Positions 13,185 through 27,202 of a stretch of DNA of 64,000 nucleotides are shown here, piece after piece. The notes under the pieces are model-generated. The model searched no databases. It was not told where the DNA came from and worked only from the letters and a program-made list of their open reading frames with translations. Source of the stretch: Octopus vulgaris (lineage: Eukaryota); assembly GCA_951406725.2 (NCBI GenBank), contig OX597829.1, positions 42,470,001 through 42,534,000 on the forward strand. The letters are read 5' to 3'. Every line of letters starts with the position of its first letter. Within the stretch, counting starts at the first letter, position 1. The translations under genes were made by a program, and so were the position numbers.

Positions 13185-13218
13185 GCTGCTACTACTACTA
13201 CTACTACTACTGCTGCTG

Positions 13219-13311
<93 letters not shown>

Positions 13312-13368
13312 CCACTACGACAACTGCTACTACTAAAACTATTACTGCTACTACTACTGCTGCTGCTG

Positions 13369-13415
<47 letters not shown>

Positions 13416-13491
13416 GCTGCTGCTACTACTACAACTACTACTACTACCACAACTACTACTACTGCTGCTACTACTACTACTGCTGCTGCTG

Positions 13492-13540
<49 letters not shown>

Positions 13541-13560
13541 ATCTACTGCTGCTGCCGCTG
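12970..13560. repeat. (CTA)n/(CTG)n compound microsatellite
   Basis: Directly visible. Confidence 0.95.
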
Positions 13561-13829
13561 CTTGTGACGGTTTTGTTAAAATATAACGCCGACAATATAT
13601 GGAAGGGGAAAAGTAAATTAAAGAATTAATAAATAGATAAAAATCGCAGTGAATGTTGGGAGGTAATTTGAAAAAACAAATTAATTCCCTATTGTGCTTT
13701 GTTATCTTTCTACTACCGTGTTTAATGCAATCGTACATACAAGCAGAGACATGCAGAATATACACATAAACACATATTCACGGGCGTACATATCTGCATT
13801 TCATCGTTTGGTTTTTGCATACTTACGAA

Positions 13830-13841
13830 CATACGTACATA

Positions 13842-13889
<48 letters not shown>

Positions 13890-14492
13890 TACACACACAC
13901 ATACACATACGTACGTACATACATACATACATACATACATACATACATACATACATACATACATGCATACATACATACATACATACATACATACATACAT
14001 ACATACATACATACATACATACATACATACATACATACATACATACATACATACATACATACATACATACATACATACATACATACATACATACATACAT
14101 ACATACATACATACATACATACAAACATACATACATACATACATACATACATACATACATGCATGCATGCATACATACATACATACATACATACATACAT
14201 ACATACATACATACATACATACATACATACATACATACATACATACATGCATGCATACATACATACATACATACATACATACAAACATACATACATACAT
14301 GCATGCATGCATACATACATACATACATACATACATACATACATACATACATACATACATACATACATACATACATACATACATACATACATACATACAT
14401 ACATACATACATACATGCATACATACATACATACATACATACATACAAACATACATACATACATACATGCATGCATGCATGCATACATACAT
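13830..14492. repeat. (CA)n + long (TACA)n/(TGCA) microsatellite
   Basis: Directly visible. Confidence 0.95.
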
Positions 14493-14641
14493 CTGGATAT
14501 ATGTTTATATATATATATTCAGAGAGACAGGTGGGAAAAAGATATTCAAATAGAATATTGTCAAACAATGAAAATATTAGAGCTACAACAATACCTCTCA
14601 TCCTCATCAGCTTCCTCCTCCTCCTCCTCCTCCTCCTCCTC

Positions 14642-14677
<36 letters not shown>

Positions 14678-14873
14678 ATACTAATACTAATACTACTACT
14701 ACTACTACTAGTACCGACACCACGAATATTTATGCACATACATGCATTTATATATATATAAACATACATACATTCATACATTAATATATTACACACACAC
14801 GTGCCCACATATGATACATACATATTGATATAGTTATACATATATACATACTACATACATACATACATACATG

Positions 14874-14917
<44 letters not shown>

Positions 14918-14942
14918 TATACATATACACACACACATATAT

Positions 14943-14973
<31 letters not shown>

Positions 14974-15302
14974 CATATATGTATATATATGTATATATAT
15001 GTATATATATGTATATATATATATATATGTATATATATGTATATATTTGTATATGTATATATACACGTATGTGCACATGTGTGTATGTAATATATTTCTA
15101 TATGTGCGTATGTATGTACGTGTTTGTACTTTCATCCTGAACTGATTAAAAGATTATTAATGATGATTTGAAAGATTTACTTCCCGGATTTAATGTATAA
15201 TTAATTAGAATACCAAGTGTACGCATTCTCTAGATTGGGTATTACTGAGCGACTATTGTTTGTTATACATTCTACTTAAAAAAATCTGCCACGAAATATG
15301 TG

Positions 15303-15334
<32 letters not shown>

Positions 15335-15545
15335 TGTATGTATGTATGTATGTATGTATGTATGTATGTATGTATGCATGTATGTATGCATGTATGTATG
15401 TATGTATTTAATGTATGTATGTATGTATGTATGTATGTATGTATGTATGTATGTATGTATGTATGTATGTATTATGTATGTATGTGTGTATGGATATATC
15501 TATGTATGTATGTATATATGTATGTATGTATGTATCAATCTATCC

Positions 15546-15600
<55 letters not shown>

Positions 15601-15928
15601 TATATTACGCGAGTTTATATACACATACACATAGTTATGTATATATATATACTTATCTGTGTGTGTGTATATATATACATATATGTATATATATATATAT
15701 ATGTATGTATGTATGTATGCATGTATGTATGTATATATGTATGTATGTATGTATATATATGTGTGTGTATATATATATTATATATATATATATATACATA
15801 TGTGTGTGTGTGTGTGTTTGTATGTTTGAAATGTGCATCTGTGTGCGGCTGAATATGTTTTTGGGTTTACTATATAATTCATATATTAGCTGGATCACAA
15901 AGTAAAGCCGATGTATAATACTCTGAAT

Positions 15929-16002
<74 letters not shown>

Positions 16003-16004
16003 TG

Positions 16005-16042
<38 letters not shown>

Positions 16043-16659
16043 TTCATATATGTGTGTGAATCTGTTTGTGTGTGTGTGTGTGTGTTCATAAATATATACC
16101 AACTTAAATTTGATGGATTGGAATCTAAATTAGATGGATTATACAAACAATATTGAGAAACAGAGACAGACAGACAGACATACACATATATACACCGTAC
16201 TACGCACTGCACACATCTACACCCACTAGTAATCTAACAAAACATTTCGCTAATATATAAATGCATACATGCATATTTGATGGATTATAAGCAAATAAAT
16301 GGTAAATCTTAATTAGATAACCCTTGGGACATACCTGATAGATAACCCTTAAATTCTGAAGAACATTCGTTAGATTGAAAAGATCTGAAAACTGCAGATG
16401 TCTCCTTGTCTAAAAGGTTTATTTGACAAGTAACTTGGTAGTTTTCGACGTATAAACTTTTGCTATTTTGAATTTCATGTAGTTACATGTTATCTTTTGC
16501 ATACGATTTCATTTTGTATTTTTTTGTTGTTGCTATATTATGTATCTGCCGTTTCTTAAATTGTAAGATTGAGTTTTGCATTCGGATAACTGCACCAATC
16601 TTCCGATACGAATCTGGCCTTTTATACACAAAAACTCTTGAAAAAATAAAAATAATAAA

Positions 16660-16741
<82 letters not shown>

Positions 16742-17150
16742 GGCACAGGAGTGGCTGTGTGGTAAGTAGCTTGCTAACCAACCTCATGGTTCCGGGCTCA
16801 GTCCCACTGCGTGGCATCTTGGGCAAGTGTCTTCTGCTATAGCCCCGGGCCGACCAATGCCTTGTGAGTGGATTTGGTAGACGGAAACTGAAAGAAGCTC
16901 GTCGTATATATGTATATATATATATATGTATGTGTGTGTATATGTTTGTGTGTGTGTGTGTTTGTCCCCCTAGCATTGCTCGACAACCGATGCTGGTGTG
17001 TTAACGTCCCCGATACTTAGCGGTTCGGCAAAAAGAGAACGATAGAATAAGTACTTGGCTTACAAAGAATAAGTGCCGGGGTCGAGTTGCTCGATTAAAG
17101 GCGGTGCTCCAGCATGGCCGCAGTCAAATGACTGAAACAAGTAAAAAAAA
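16742..17150 (+). mobile_element. Family A SINE, full length, following (AAT)n
   Basis: Matches family consensus end to end. Confidence 0.85.
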
Positions 17151-17693
17151 AGAAAAAAAAAACTAAAATCCACCTAAGAATTGGTTCTAGAAGTCCGTCT
17201 TAAGTTTCTAGAATGAAAGAAACATCGATGGGTGTATTTTCCTAATACTCTGGTAAAATAATCCCGTTTGCATGATTCATCGAATATTTATCGAAAGGAA
17301 CGAAACGTGCACACTGGGACTTAAATATACTTTTGGGAAAAACGCTTAGCTTCTTTTCTGTTGAATGTTGAATAACAGACGTCGAAGGACAGCTTGTTTA
17401 TGATAATGTTACATGAGTTTAAACATAACTTAAGGGAAGAAATGGAAATTAAAAAAAATAATAAATGGATTGTGAAAATCAATATATTACACGAAACGAA
17501 AGATGGTCACTATAAGAGCCACTTTCTAATCACAGTTAGAAATTAGCGTTATAAATTAAGAACTTGTAAGTGAGGGGGAAATGTAATGAAAATATATTAA
17601 AACAAATTACTCTTTTTATATGACTCCGTAATACAATTTTCAAACTGCACTTGTCCTTCTTGGAGTTAGTTAATTTTTGTTGCAGATAATATT

Positions 17694-18252
17694 TATTTCT
17701 TTAGTGCCCACAGGGGGCTAAGCACAAAGGGGACAAAAAAGGACAGACAAAGGGATTAAGTCGATTACACCAACCCCAGCACGCAACGGGTATTTATTTA
17801 ATCGACCTCGAAAGGATACAAGGCAAAGTCGACATCTGCAGAAGTCGAACTCAGAACGTAACGGCAGGCGAAATACCGATTCCTTTATTACCCAGAAAGG
17901 GCTAAACACAGGTGACAAACAAGGACAGACAAAGGGATTAAGTCGATTATATCGACCCCAGTGCGTAACTGATACTTATTTAATCGACCCCGAAAGGATG
18001 AAAGGCAAAGTCGACCTTGGTGGAATTTGAACTCAGAACGTAACGACAGGCGAAATACCTATTTCTTTATTACCCACAAAGGGCTAAACACAGAGGGGAC
18101 AAACAATGACAGACATAGGTATTAAGTCGATTACATCGACCCCAGTGCGTAACTGATACTTAATTTATCGACAGAATTTGAACTCACAACGTAACGGCAG
18201 GCGAAATACCGCTAAGCATTTCACCCAGCGTGATTCTGTCAGCTCGCCGCCC
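17694..18252 (-). mobile_element. Head-to-tail trimer of family B SINE
   Basis: Three ~185-bp units with junctions at ~17878 and ~18059. Confidence 0.85.
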
Positions 18253-19555
18253 TTGTGGCGGATAATATTATGATACGAAAGTTTCCATTGACATTGTTTC
18301 ATTCCAAAATAAATAAGAGCGATGAAAGACCAGTTCTTCACTTTCACATCTTAATTCTTCCTTTCAGGCACCAGATTCTGTCATCTAACACAGATTTCTA
18401 TGATACACAGTACGCAATTTGACAAATATTTGGATGTCAGCGCTATCACGTGGAACTAAGCACAGATGCTTCGTTTGATGGTTCCATTACTTTCATAGTT
18501 GGTGTTGTCATAATTAGCAATCATAGATTATCATTTTTTTTCCGGAATTATAGCAGGTAATTAGCCATTGTAACAGTATGAATAGGTCCTGCTTCAAGAA
18601 TGTGATAATATATATTTTATTGGATTATTACTAGATCTTAAATGTGATTCAATATTATTTATACTACCTTATAATTATAGAATATGACACCGACGGTGAT
18701 ACTCAGATATAGATACGCGTACGCTTGTATATATATATATAACTCTGTCACTCTCTCTCACTCACTCCTCCTCCCTTGCTGACTTATCTCCCACGTGACC
18801 ATTGGCCATCTTTCTTATAACTTATGTTTCTTTCTTTCTCTCCGTTGTAGCCGGAACAAGGAAGACGTGTTTTTGTTTGTCTCCTGTCCAAGTTTGATTT
18901 ACGCGCTCGCCACCACAACCTCGTTTAGACTTAGCAGCCCTTCCTGTTTGTTTTCACTGTCCTGTTTGTGTTACCAATTTTCACATTCCTCAAAATCCCA
19001 AATTTTATTTAATTTGCTTTGCGGGAACAACTGTTTCATCGAAAGCGTATATTGTTATTAAATGCTCGAATTACGAGACTAGAAAGACAGCCGACAAAAG
19101 ATGAACGGTCGTTCTTTATGTTAATTGTTTTATTTGCCATTTGTTTTTTCGCTGTTCGAAAGAATAGTTCATGTTCCATGTACTCATACTTCGTATATTT
19201 TTGCACACGTTTCATGACGTCCTGTGCCCATATATGCATATATATATATATAGAGAGAGATATAAGTATGTACATAGACGTATGTATATATGCTTTTATA
19301 AATATAAATATATATCACGTGATCACGTGATCGACCAGACCATCAGATGTTGTTACACATCGCTGGTCACAATGCGTTCGCATTGTCTTAGCCTTCGCAT
19401 GACGCCACCCCGCTGGCTAAGCGAGCAGGCCAACAGAAGAAAGAGTGGGAGAAAGAGTGGTGAAAGAGTACAGCAGGGATCACCACCCCCTGCCGGAGCT
19501 TTGTGGAGCTTTTAGGTATTTTCGCTCAGTAAACACTCACAATATATATATAATG

Positions 19556-19627
<72 letters not shown>

Positions 19628-19631
19628 TATT

Positions 19632-20017
19632 ACTCTTTCTCTTTTACTCTTTTACTTGTTTCAGTCATTTGACTGCGGCCATGCTGGAGCACCACCTTTA
19701 ATCGAGCAACTCGACCCCGGGACTTATTCTTTTGTAAGCCCAGTACTTATTCTATCGGTCTCTTTTGCCGAACCGCTAGGTAACGGGGGCATAAACACAC
19801 TCAACATCGGTTGTCATGCAATGCTAGTGGGACAAACACTGACACACAAACATATACACACACACTTATATATATATACATATATACGACGGGATTCTTT
19901 CAGTTTCCGTCTACCAAATCCACTCACAAGGCTTCGGTCGGCCCGAGGCTATAGTAGAAGACACTTGCCCAAGGTACCACGCAGTGGGACTGAACCCGGG
20001 AGACCATGTGGTTGGTA
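19632..20017 (-). mobile_element. Family A SINE (5' end clipped)
   Basis: Matches family consensus. Confidence 0.8.
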
Positions 20018-20063
20018 AACAATACATACATATACATATATATATATATATATATACATGTGC

Positions 20064-20106
<43 letters not shown>

Positions 20107-20125
20107 TAAATTTATGCATAAATAT

Positions 20126-20177
<52 letters not shown>

Positions 20178-20494
20178 CTTAATAAGTACATGTCTATGTT
20201 TCCGTGTTAATCCTCCCGCTATAGCTTGACAACCGATGTTGGTGTGTTTATGTCCCCGTAACCTAACGGTTCGGCAAAAGAAACCGACTATAGAAGTACT
20301 AGGCTTACAAAAAATGAGTCCTTTAAGGTTTTGCTCTAGTATGGCTGCAATCGAATTACTGAAAGATATAAAAGAATAAAAGGATATATCTATGTCTATA
20401 TCTATATATGGATAGATGTATAAATGCTTATATAAATACATATGTACACACAAACACATATATATGTACATGCACACACATACAAACGCACACT

Positions 20495-20557
<63 letters not shown>

Positions 20558-21237
20558 GTATGCAAGCACAGAACATTATGAAATTTAACGTCATATAGGT
20601 TTATCATACGACCGTTGTAATATCCAACTTGTGTATTATATTTACTTTTTACGTCTGTGATGATTGTACCTGAAATCGTGCGAGTCTGAAGCCTGACCAC
20701 TTACGCAAAAGTCCTGTTGATATCTGGATTGATTTCGCTTATTATATTCGCTGCCTCTGCATTCGAGAGCATGTGTTTCCTCTACTTTTCGTTGGTGACA
20801 GGGAAGACACTCCTTCTGTCGAGGAGGCGATTAAAGTAGTTGACATCTTGGGAGTATTGCTCTTAGGATCTTATACCATTAGCGAAGAGCCTGCTTGACG
20901 CAAGTAAACCGACCGACTAATTGGCCGTATGTACTCCAAAAGATATAATTAAATATTGCGCTTAATTTTATGATTTGTATCGAATGTTTCCTATTTATTT
21001 TTATTTATTCAATTATTATTATTTTTTTTTTTGTTAGGGAGGAAGAATGGTGGCTGTAAGTTAGAATCTCGCTGATCAAGTTATCATTATAATGATGCTT
21101 TTCAGACAGATTCAATGAATACAGTTAAGAACTTGGATTCTTCAGCAAATTTCTAAACGTAAAGGCACTGTCTCGCTACATTCCGTATGTATGTATGTAT
21201 GTATGTATGTATGTATGTATGTATGTATGTATGTATG

Positions 21238-21268
<31 letters not shown>

Positions 21269-21712
21269 GTATGTATGTATGTATGTATGTATGTATGTAT
21301 GTATGTATGTATGTATGTATGTATGTATGTATTATGTACGTTCGTACGTACGTACGTATGTATGTATGTATATATGTATGTATATATGTATGTATGTATG
21401 TATGCATGTATGTATGTATGTATGTACTGTATGTATGTATGTATATATGTATGTATGTATGTATATATGTATGTATGTATCTGTCTGTCTGCCTCTATCT
21501 TTCAATCACTCTGTCTGTCTGTCTCTTTCATTTTATCTGTGTTTGTCTGTCTTCTGTCTGTCTCTATCTGTCTATTCATCTACCCCCCTCTCTCTCTCTA
21601 TATATATAAAGAGAGAGAGAGGGAGAGAGAGAGAGAGAAAGAAAAAATATATATATATATACACAAATCTGTCTCTGTATGCTTAGACATATCTATCTAT
21701 CTATCTGTCTAT

Positions 21713-21767
<55 letters not shown>

Positions 21768-21804
21768 CCTATTATCTCTCTGTCTGTCTATCTATCTCTT
21801 TATA

Positions 21805-21861
<57 letters not shown>

Positions 21862-21870
21862 GTATGTATG

Positions 21871-21900
<30 letters not shown>

Positions 21901-21905
<5 letters not shown>

Positions 21906-22331
21906 ATAATAAAGGAAACGAAGAATTTGAACATTCAGATCTTCCACGGGGTTTAGTCATAGTCATTTTCTGACACAGAATTACTTCTTGAACAATGACA
22001 CATTTCTTCACCCTGACGAGATCGTACAAATTATGCATAAAACCCCTGCATATAAATATGCAGCAATTTGCAATTGCTACGATCGAAACACGTGTCGGAC
22101 AATTACTATGAATAAGCCATGCAGAAAATCTGAATGTTCAAATCCTTCGTTTTCTTATTATTAATATTGTAATTTTACACTCTATGTAGCCCGGAAATAA
22201 ACCGCAACATTGGATGGTAGTTTTTAGGAAATATATCTTAAAACGGACCATCGGAAGAAACCGGCGTTGGCACATTACATAGAGTAACGCGTTATCTTCC
22301 TAGATATTAATATCCCTCTTCTTACTACGTG
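21901..22331 (+). mobile_element. (TA)n-bounded structured mini-element carrying a canonical hammerhead inside an inverted repeat
   Basis: Inverted repeat 21904-21940 / 22128-22163; hammerhead 22011-22098; TA tracts at both ends. Confidence 0.65.
22011..22098 (+). ncRNA. Type I hammerhead ribozyme motif, canonical core, GUC cleavage triplet
   Basis: CC-CTGACGA-GATCGTA...TACGATC-GAAA-CACGTG-TC-GG: 7-bp stem II base and palindromic stem III (ACACGTGT); stem I only 2 bp. Confidence 0.75.
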
Positions 22332-22719
22332 TATATATATAGGTTCCTACATTTAGGCTTTCATTTCATACACGCCAGCTCAATTGGACTCGTTCTCAGT
22401 CGAAAGACACCTGTTGTTAGTTTCTTTTTGCGTACCATGTTCTCCGTTTTTGTTTATCTTTGTTGCCGTACACATTCGCTAGCTTTATTACAGGGGGTAT
22501 AATGCTCTCAACTTAGACTGGGGGCGGGGGGTACAGCCAGATCGAATCGTCTCAAATTTAACTGCCCGAAACGGTTTTGACTTCCGGTACCTGACTGACG
22601 AAAGAAGGTCACGATTGACCCGTCTGTTTTTGCCTGTCCTTCTAATTGTTGTTCCTTTTGTCCGCCTTTGTATTGTTTATCTGTCCGAATGTTTTATTGT
22701 TCTCTATTGCGTTTTTGTT

Positions 22720-22773
<54 letters not shown>

Positions 22774-23471
22774 GAAAATATATATATGTATATATACACA
22801 TATGAAAATATATATATGTATATATGTATGTATATGTCTATGCTGTTGCAAGTTCGCTTGCTATAGTTGTAGTTGTTGCTGGGTTGTATTTGTAGTTGTA
22901 ATTGTTAGGCCTGTTTGAATAGACTTTGGAATGAAAACTGTTTCGATGCTGTCACCCTATCAGTTTAAAGATATAGTTTATCTGGAAGGGAAGACAAGAC
23001 AAGCTGGTACTGGAAACTTGACAGCCGGTGTTGGTGTGTTTACGTTCCCGTAACTTAGCGGTTCGGCAAAAGAGAGAGATATATAAGTACCAGGGTTATA
23101 CATATATATATATATGACACGACAGCAGTTTATTCACAAAGCATTGGTTGATCGAAAGTGATCCGCAGGAAGACAGAACCCACAATCACGTGATCTGGCA
23201 AGAAAAGTTTATAAGAAAACATACTTTCCGAGGCACAAGTCTGGGCGGACAAAGTTGTTTATGGAAGGCCAGCAGTGACCCATGCATACCAGCTTTCCCT
23301 CACAACGCCACACCGATGTTATCCAAAGGAAAGGCAAAGGCCGATACAGCTTGGTATCAACTCATTTCTACTGGTGAGTTAACTGGAGCGATGTGAAATA
23401 AAGTGTCTTGTTCAAGAACACAACACACAGTCCGGTCTGGGAAGATACACACACACACATATATACACATT

Positions 23472-23533
23472 CTGATGACATCTTAAAAGCTTTGGGAGAA
23501 GGCTCCAACGCTGACGTCATATACCTTGATTTC
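23472..23533 (+). pseudogene. Tiny CR1/L2-like RT remnant
   Basis: DDILKALGEGSNADVIYLDF matches the DVIYLDF(S/A)KAFD RT motif; ends just before the Penelope arm at 23538. Confidence 0.55.
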
Positions 23534-24129
23534 ATGAGTTCAGATATAAGTAGCATTCTGCCTTTCTCTGACTCCCTTGTTTGCACTTGTGTGTTCGAGG
23601 TCGTTTTGAGTTCTTGGTAGGATAGGTGAAGAATAAGGAGGCTGATGTGGAGAGGGGGTGGGGAAATCTGGGAATGCCTTAATGGTCGTATTTTGAATGG
23701 TCAGTGGCTGACAGTAGTCGCAGTTCAATTCAGGAATTGTTTATGGAATTTGCGTAGGCGTTATACTGAAAGACATTAGTGACAACGTTAAGGGGTGGAA
23801 GGTGGAGAAGTAGAAGAAGAAGAAGATGACGATGTTGATGATGATGATGATGATGATGATGAAGAAGAAGAAGAAGAAGAAGAAGAAGAAGAAGAAGAAG
23901 AAGAAGGAGAAGATGGTGGTGATGATGGTGGTGATGATGATGATGACGACGATGATGATGATAATGATGATGATGAAGAAGAAGAAGAAGAAGAAGAAGA
24001 AAAAAAAACAGAGGAGGGAGAATATGAATGGGTGGAAGTATAGCTGTGATGGGGCTGATTAGTAATGGATTCTATGGAGTGTAATATTTGTGTGTGTATA
24101 TATTTCTTTTATTCTAAAGTTGAGGTATA

Positions 24130-26103
24130 TTAATTGTTTGTCGTAGACCCGTTAAGAAGTGGCTTGTATTTTGTAATAAAGAGATTTTCTTTACTTATTC
24201 GTTGTCTCGAGGTTGTATCGTCCCTAAATTGGTAGAGGGGGAAAATCCTGAAGTTTGGTGTTTTTTTGTTGGCGCAAGTATCTATGTGTTGGCTAAAAGC
24301 TATTTTTCTGTTTTGGGGAATTTTTATCTGGGATCTGTGCAGGACCATTCGTTTACGCAAACCATTTTTTGTTTGGCCTATGTACTGCTCTTGACACCCG
24401 GAGCAGGTTAGTGAGTATATTAGGTTCTCCGAAGCACATGTGAAGTTGCTTTTCACTGTAAACCGTTGTCCCTGTTTGAAGGAGAACTCTGATCCCTCAA
24501 TTAGATAGTCGCATATCTCGCAATTGGGTCTTCCACATTTTTTTACTGTCGGCTTCTGTGTTGAAGAGTGAATTCGGGCTTGTGTTAGGAGACTTTTCAT
24601 GGATCTAGGCTGTCTTTTGCTTTTTATGATCGTGTGTGTTTGGAGGATTGTGTTCATTCTGTGGTCTTTTTTTAGGAGGGGTATGTTGTGGAGGATGGTG
24701 TCGAAGGCTTCGTTATTGAGAGGGTTGTGTGTGGAGATGTATGGTAAGGCTTTTGGTTGTAAGTTTTTCTTTGATTTGGGATGTCTCAGTTCCTTGATGT
24801 TAAGTTGAAGGGCACGTTGAATGCACTTGTCAATAAGTGAAGGTGGATAGTTCCTGGTGATAAGGGTATCTTTTAGTTCTTGTAGTCGTGTGTCTCTGGT
24901 GTTTGCGTTAGAGACTATAGTGCATATCCTTTTTGCTAGATTGAAGGGGATATTCATCCTGGTGTGTCTGGGGTGGCATGAATTGAATGGAAGATATTGC
25001 TTAGAGTATGTAGGCTTATAGTATATGTCTGTTTCTATTATATTATTAGCTTTCTTAATGAGGATATCGAGGAAGGGGAGTTGTTGCTGGCTATATTCCA
25101 TCGTGAATTGGATGTTTACGTCCAGTCCGTTTAAAATTTCCTGGAATTCTATGAGTTTTTCTATATTTTTATGCCAAAGGATGAAACAGTCATCTAGATA
25201 TCTCTTCCAGTTGTTTTCTATGTAGATGGAGAAAGGGCTGCCATATCTTTCTAGAACCTTACGATACAGACTGATCTCTAGGTATCCTATGACTAGGTTG
25301 GCAAAGGAGGGGGCCATTCGTGTACCCATCGCAGTCCCCGATTTTTGTCGGTAGAAGTTGTCATTGAAGGCGAAGAAGTTATTTTCCAGGATGAATTTAA
25401 CCCCTTCTATCACAAATTCTTTTTTGATGCGGTGTGGTAGTTCGTTGGCGTGATTCTCTAGCCAGAATTGGATTGCCTCTAGTCCTAGGTTGTGGGGGAT
25501 ATTGGAGTAGAGGTTGACTACATCGAAGGATACCAGTATGGTGTTTTTGTTTATAGTATTCGGTAGGTAATTGAGCATATCTAAGTCGTCCCTTATATAG
25601 CTTTTGACATGTTTGGGGAGTGGTTTTAACAGGGTGTCTAAAAAGTTACTGAGGCGGTGGGTTTCGCATGCGGGACCTGCTATTATGGGTCTCAATTTGA
25701 GGTCATTAGGATTAGGGACTTTAATTATTTTGTCTGTAGCTATCTTGCATGCGTTGCTTATTTTTTCACTTTTGTGGATCTTAGGTATACCGTAGAATTG
25801 GCTAGTTTTACTTGTGAAATTGGTCATATAATCATATTCTTTGTCGGTGAGCCCTGCTTTGTATGGGTTTAATATGGATTTTAGTCCCCTCATTATTTTT
25901 TGTTGACTGTAGTTTTGTGCCTTTTCATAGTATGTTGTGTCTTCCAGCATAGAAAGTACCAAAGTTATGTAAAATGTATCCATTAAGATAACAGCACTCC
26001 CTTTATCGGCCTCTTTGATTGTTATTGTTTTATCTTGTTTTAATTTGTTCAACTCAGCCCATTCTTTTTTGCTGAAGTTAATAATTGTGAAAAGCAACTT
26101 CAC
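24130..26103 (-). CDS. Penelope-like RT + GIY-YIG endonuclease (5'-truncated at the inversion junction ~26086; Cys-rich linker as in Neptune-type PLEs)
   Basis: ADKGSAV, YGIPKIHK, LRPII, SFDVVNLYSNIP, QKSGTAMGTRMAPSFANL, RYLDD, PFLDI; linker CGRPNCEIC; NLIYSLTCSGCQEQYIGQT. Confidence 0.93.
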   Translation of the reverse strand: MKLLFTIINFSKKEWAELNKLKQDKTITIKEADKGSAVILMDTFYITLVLSMLEDTTYYEKAQNYSQQKIMRGLKSILNPYKAGLTDKEYDYMTNFTSKTSQFYGIPKIHKSEKISNACKIATDKIIKVPNPNDLKLRPIIAGPACETHRLSNFLDTLLKPLPKHVKSYIRDDLDMLNYLPNTINKNTILVSFDVVNLYSNIPHNLGLEAIQFWLENHANELPHRIKKEFVIEGVKFILENNFFAFNDNFYRQKSGTAMGTRMAPSFANLVIGYLEISLYRKVLERYGSPFSIYIENNWKRYLDDCFILWHKNIEKLIEFQEILNGLDVNIQFTMEYSQQQLPFLDILIKKANNIIETDIYYKPTYSKQYLPFNSCHPRHTRMNIPFNLAKRICTIVSNANTRDTRLQELKDTLITRNYPPSLIDKCIQRALQLNIKELRHPKSKKNLQPKALPYISTHNPLNNEAFDTILHNIPLLKKDHRMNTILQTHTIIKSKRQPRSMKSLLTQARIHSSTQKPTVKKCGRPNCEICDYLIEGSEFSFKQGQRFTVKSNFTCASENLIYSLTCSGCQEQYIGQTKNGLRKRMVLHRSQIKIPQNRKIAFSQHIDTCANKKTPNFRIFPLYQFRDDTTSRQRISKENLFITKYKPLLNGSTTNN

Positions 26104-27077
26104 ATGTGCTTCGGAGAACCTAATATACTCACTAACCTGCTCCGGATGTCAAGAGCAGTACATAGGCCAAACAAAAAATGGTTTGCGTAAACGAATGGTC
26201 CTGCACAGATCCCAGATAAAAATTCCCCAAAACAGAAAAATAGCTTTTAGCCAACACATAGATACTTGCGCCAACAAAAAAACACCAAACTTCAGGATTT
26301 TCCCCCTCTACCAATTTAGGGACGATACTACCTCGAGACAACGAATAAGTAAAGAAAATCTCTTTATTACAAAAGACAAGCCACTTCTTAACGGGTCTAC
26401 GACAAACAATTAATATACCTCAACTTTAGAATAAAAGAAATATATACACACACAAATATTACACTCCATAAAATCCATTACTAATCAGCCCCATCACAGC
26501 TATACTTTCACCCATTCATATTCTCCTTCTCTGTTTTTTCTTCTTCTTCTTCCTCTTCTTCTTCATCATCATCATTATCATCATCATCGTCGTCATCATC
26601 ATCATCACCACCATCATCACCACCATCTTCTCCTTCTTCTTCTTCTTCTTCTTCTTCTTCTTCTTCTTCTTCTTCTTCTTCTTCTTCTTCTTCATCATCA
26701 TCATCATCATCAACATCGTCATCTTCTTCTTCTACTTCTCCACCTTCCACCCCTTAACCTTGTCACTAATGTCTTTCAGTATAACGCCTACGCAAATTCC
26801 ATAAACAATTCCTGAATTGAACTGCGACTACTGTCAGCCACTGACCATTCAAAATACGACCATTAAGGCATTCCCAGATTTCCCCACCCCCTCTCCACAC
26901 CAGCCTCCTTATTCTTCACCTATCCTACCAAGAACTCAAAACGACCTCGAACACACAAGTGCAAACAAGGGAGTCAGAGAAAAGCAGAATGCTACTTATA
27001 TCTGAACACTACTACAGAAATATTCTTTTAAAAAAACTTTTCTTCTAATTTTTCTAAATTTAATTATTTAATCGTTA

Positions 27078-27115
27078 CAGTTGAAAAGATCTCAAAATGA
27101 CCGAAACCGGTACTG
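27078..27115 (+). ncRNA. Degenerate minimal hammerhead motif in Penelope 1 terminal region
   Basis: CAG-TTGAAAA-GATC-tcaaaat-GACC-GAAA-CCGG-TA-CTG; palindromic stem III; two core substitutions. Confidence 0.55.
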
Positions 27116-27202
27116 AAAGATTCACTATAAAATTATCTTAGCATTTTCTATTTTTGACTTGTTTTTTCATATATATCAACTCGTGTGTTCTTTTCCACCC
27201 TT

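Noticed and set aside
12900-16212. Long ORFs (poly-S/L/V, HTYI/MYVC repeats)
   Set aside because: Translations of (CTA)n, (TACA)n and (TA)n microsatellites; the same applies to similar ORFs throughout the window.
22585-22620. ctgactgacgaaagaaggtc as ribozyme core
   Set aside because: Core words overlap without pairing stems.
23795-24043. Acidic poly-E/D ORF (mirrored at 26508-26750)
   Set aside because: Triplet repeats inside the Penelope 3' UTR, antisense to the element, with unstable length between arms.
26015-26413. Stand-alone GIY-YIG ORF
   Set aside because: It is the inverted duplicate of the Penelope 1 C-terminus; its apparent N-terminus is antisense RT sequence across the junction.
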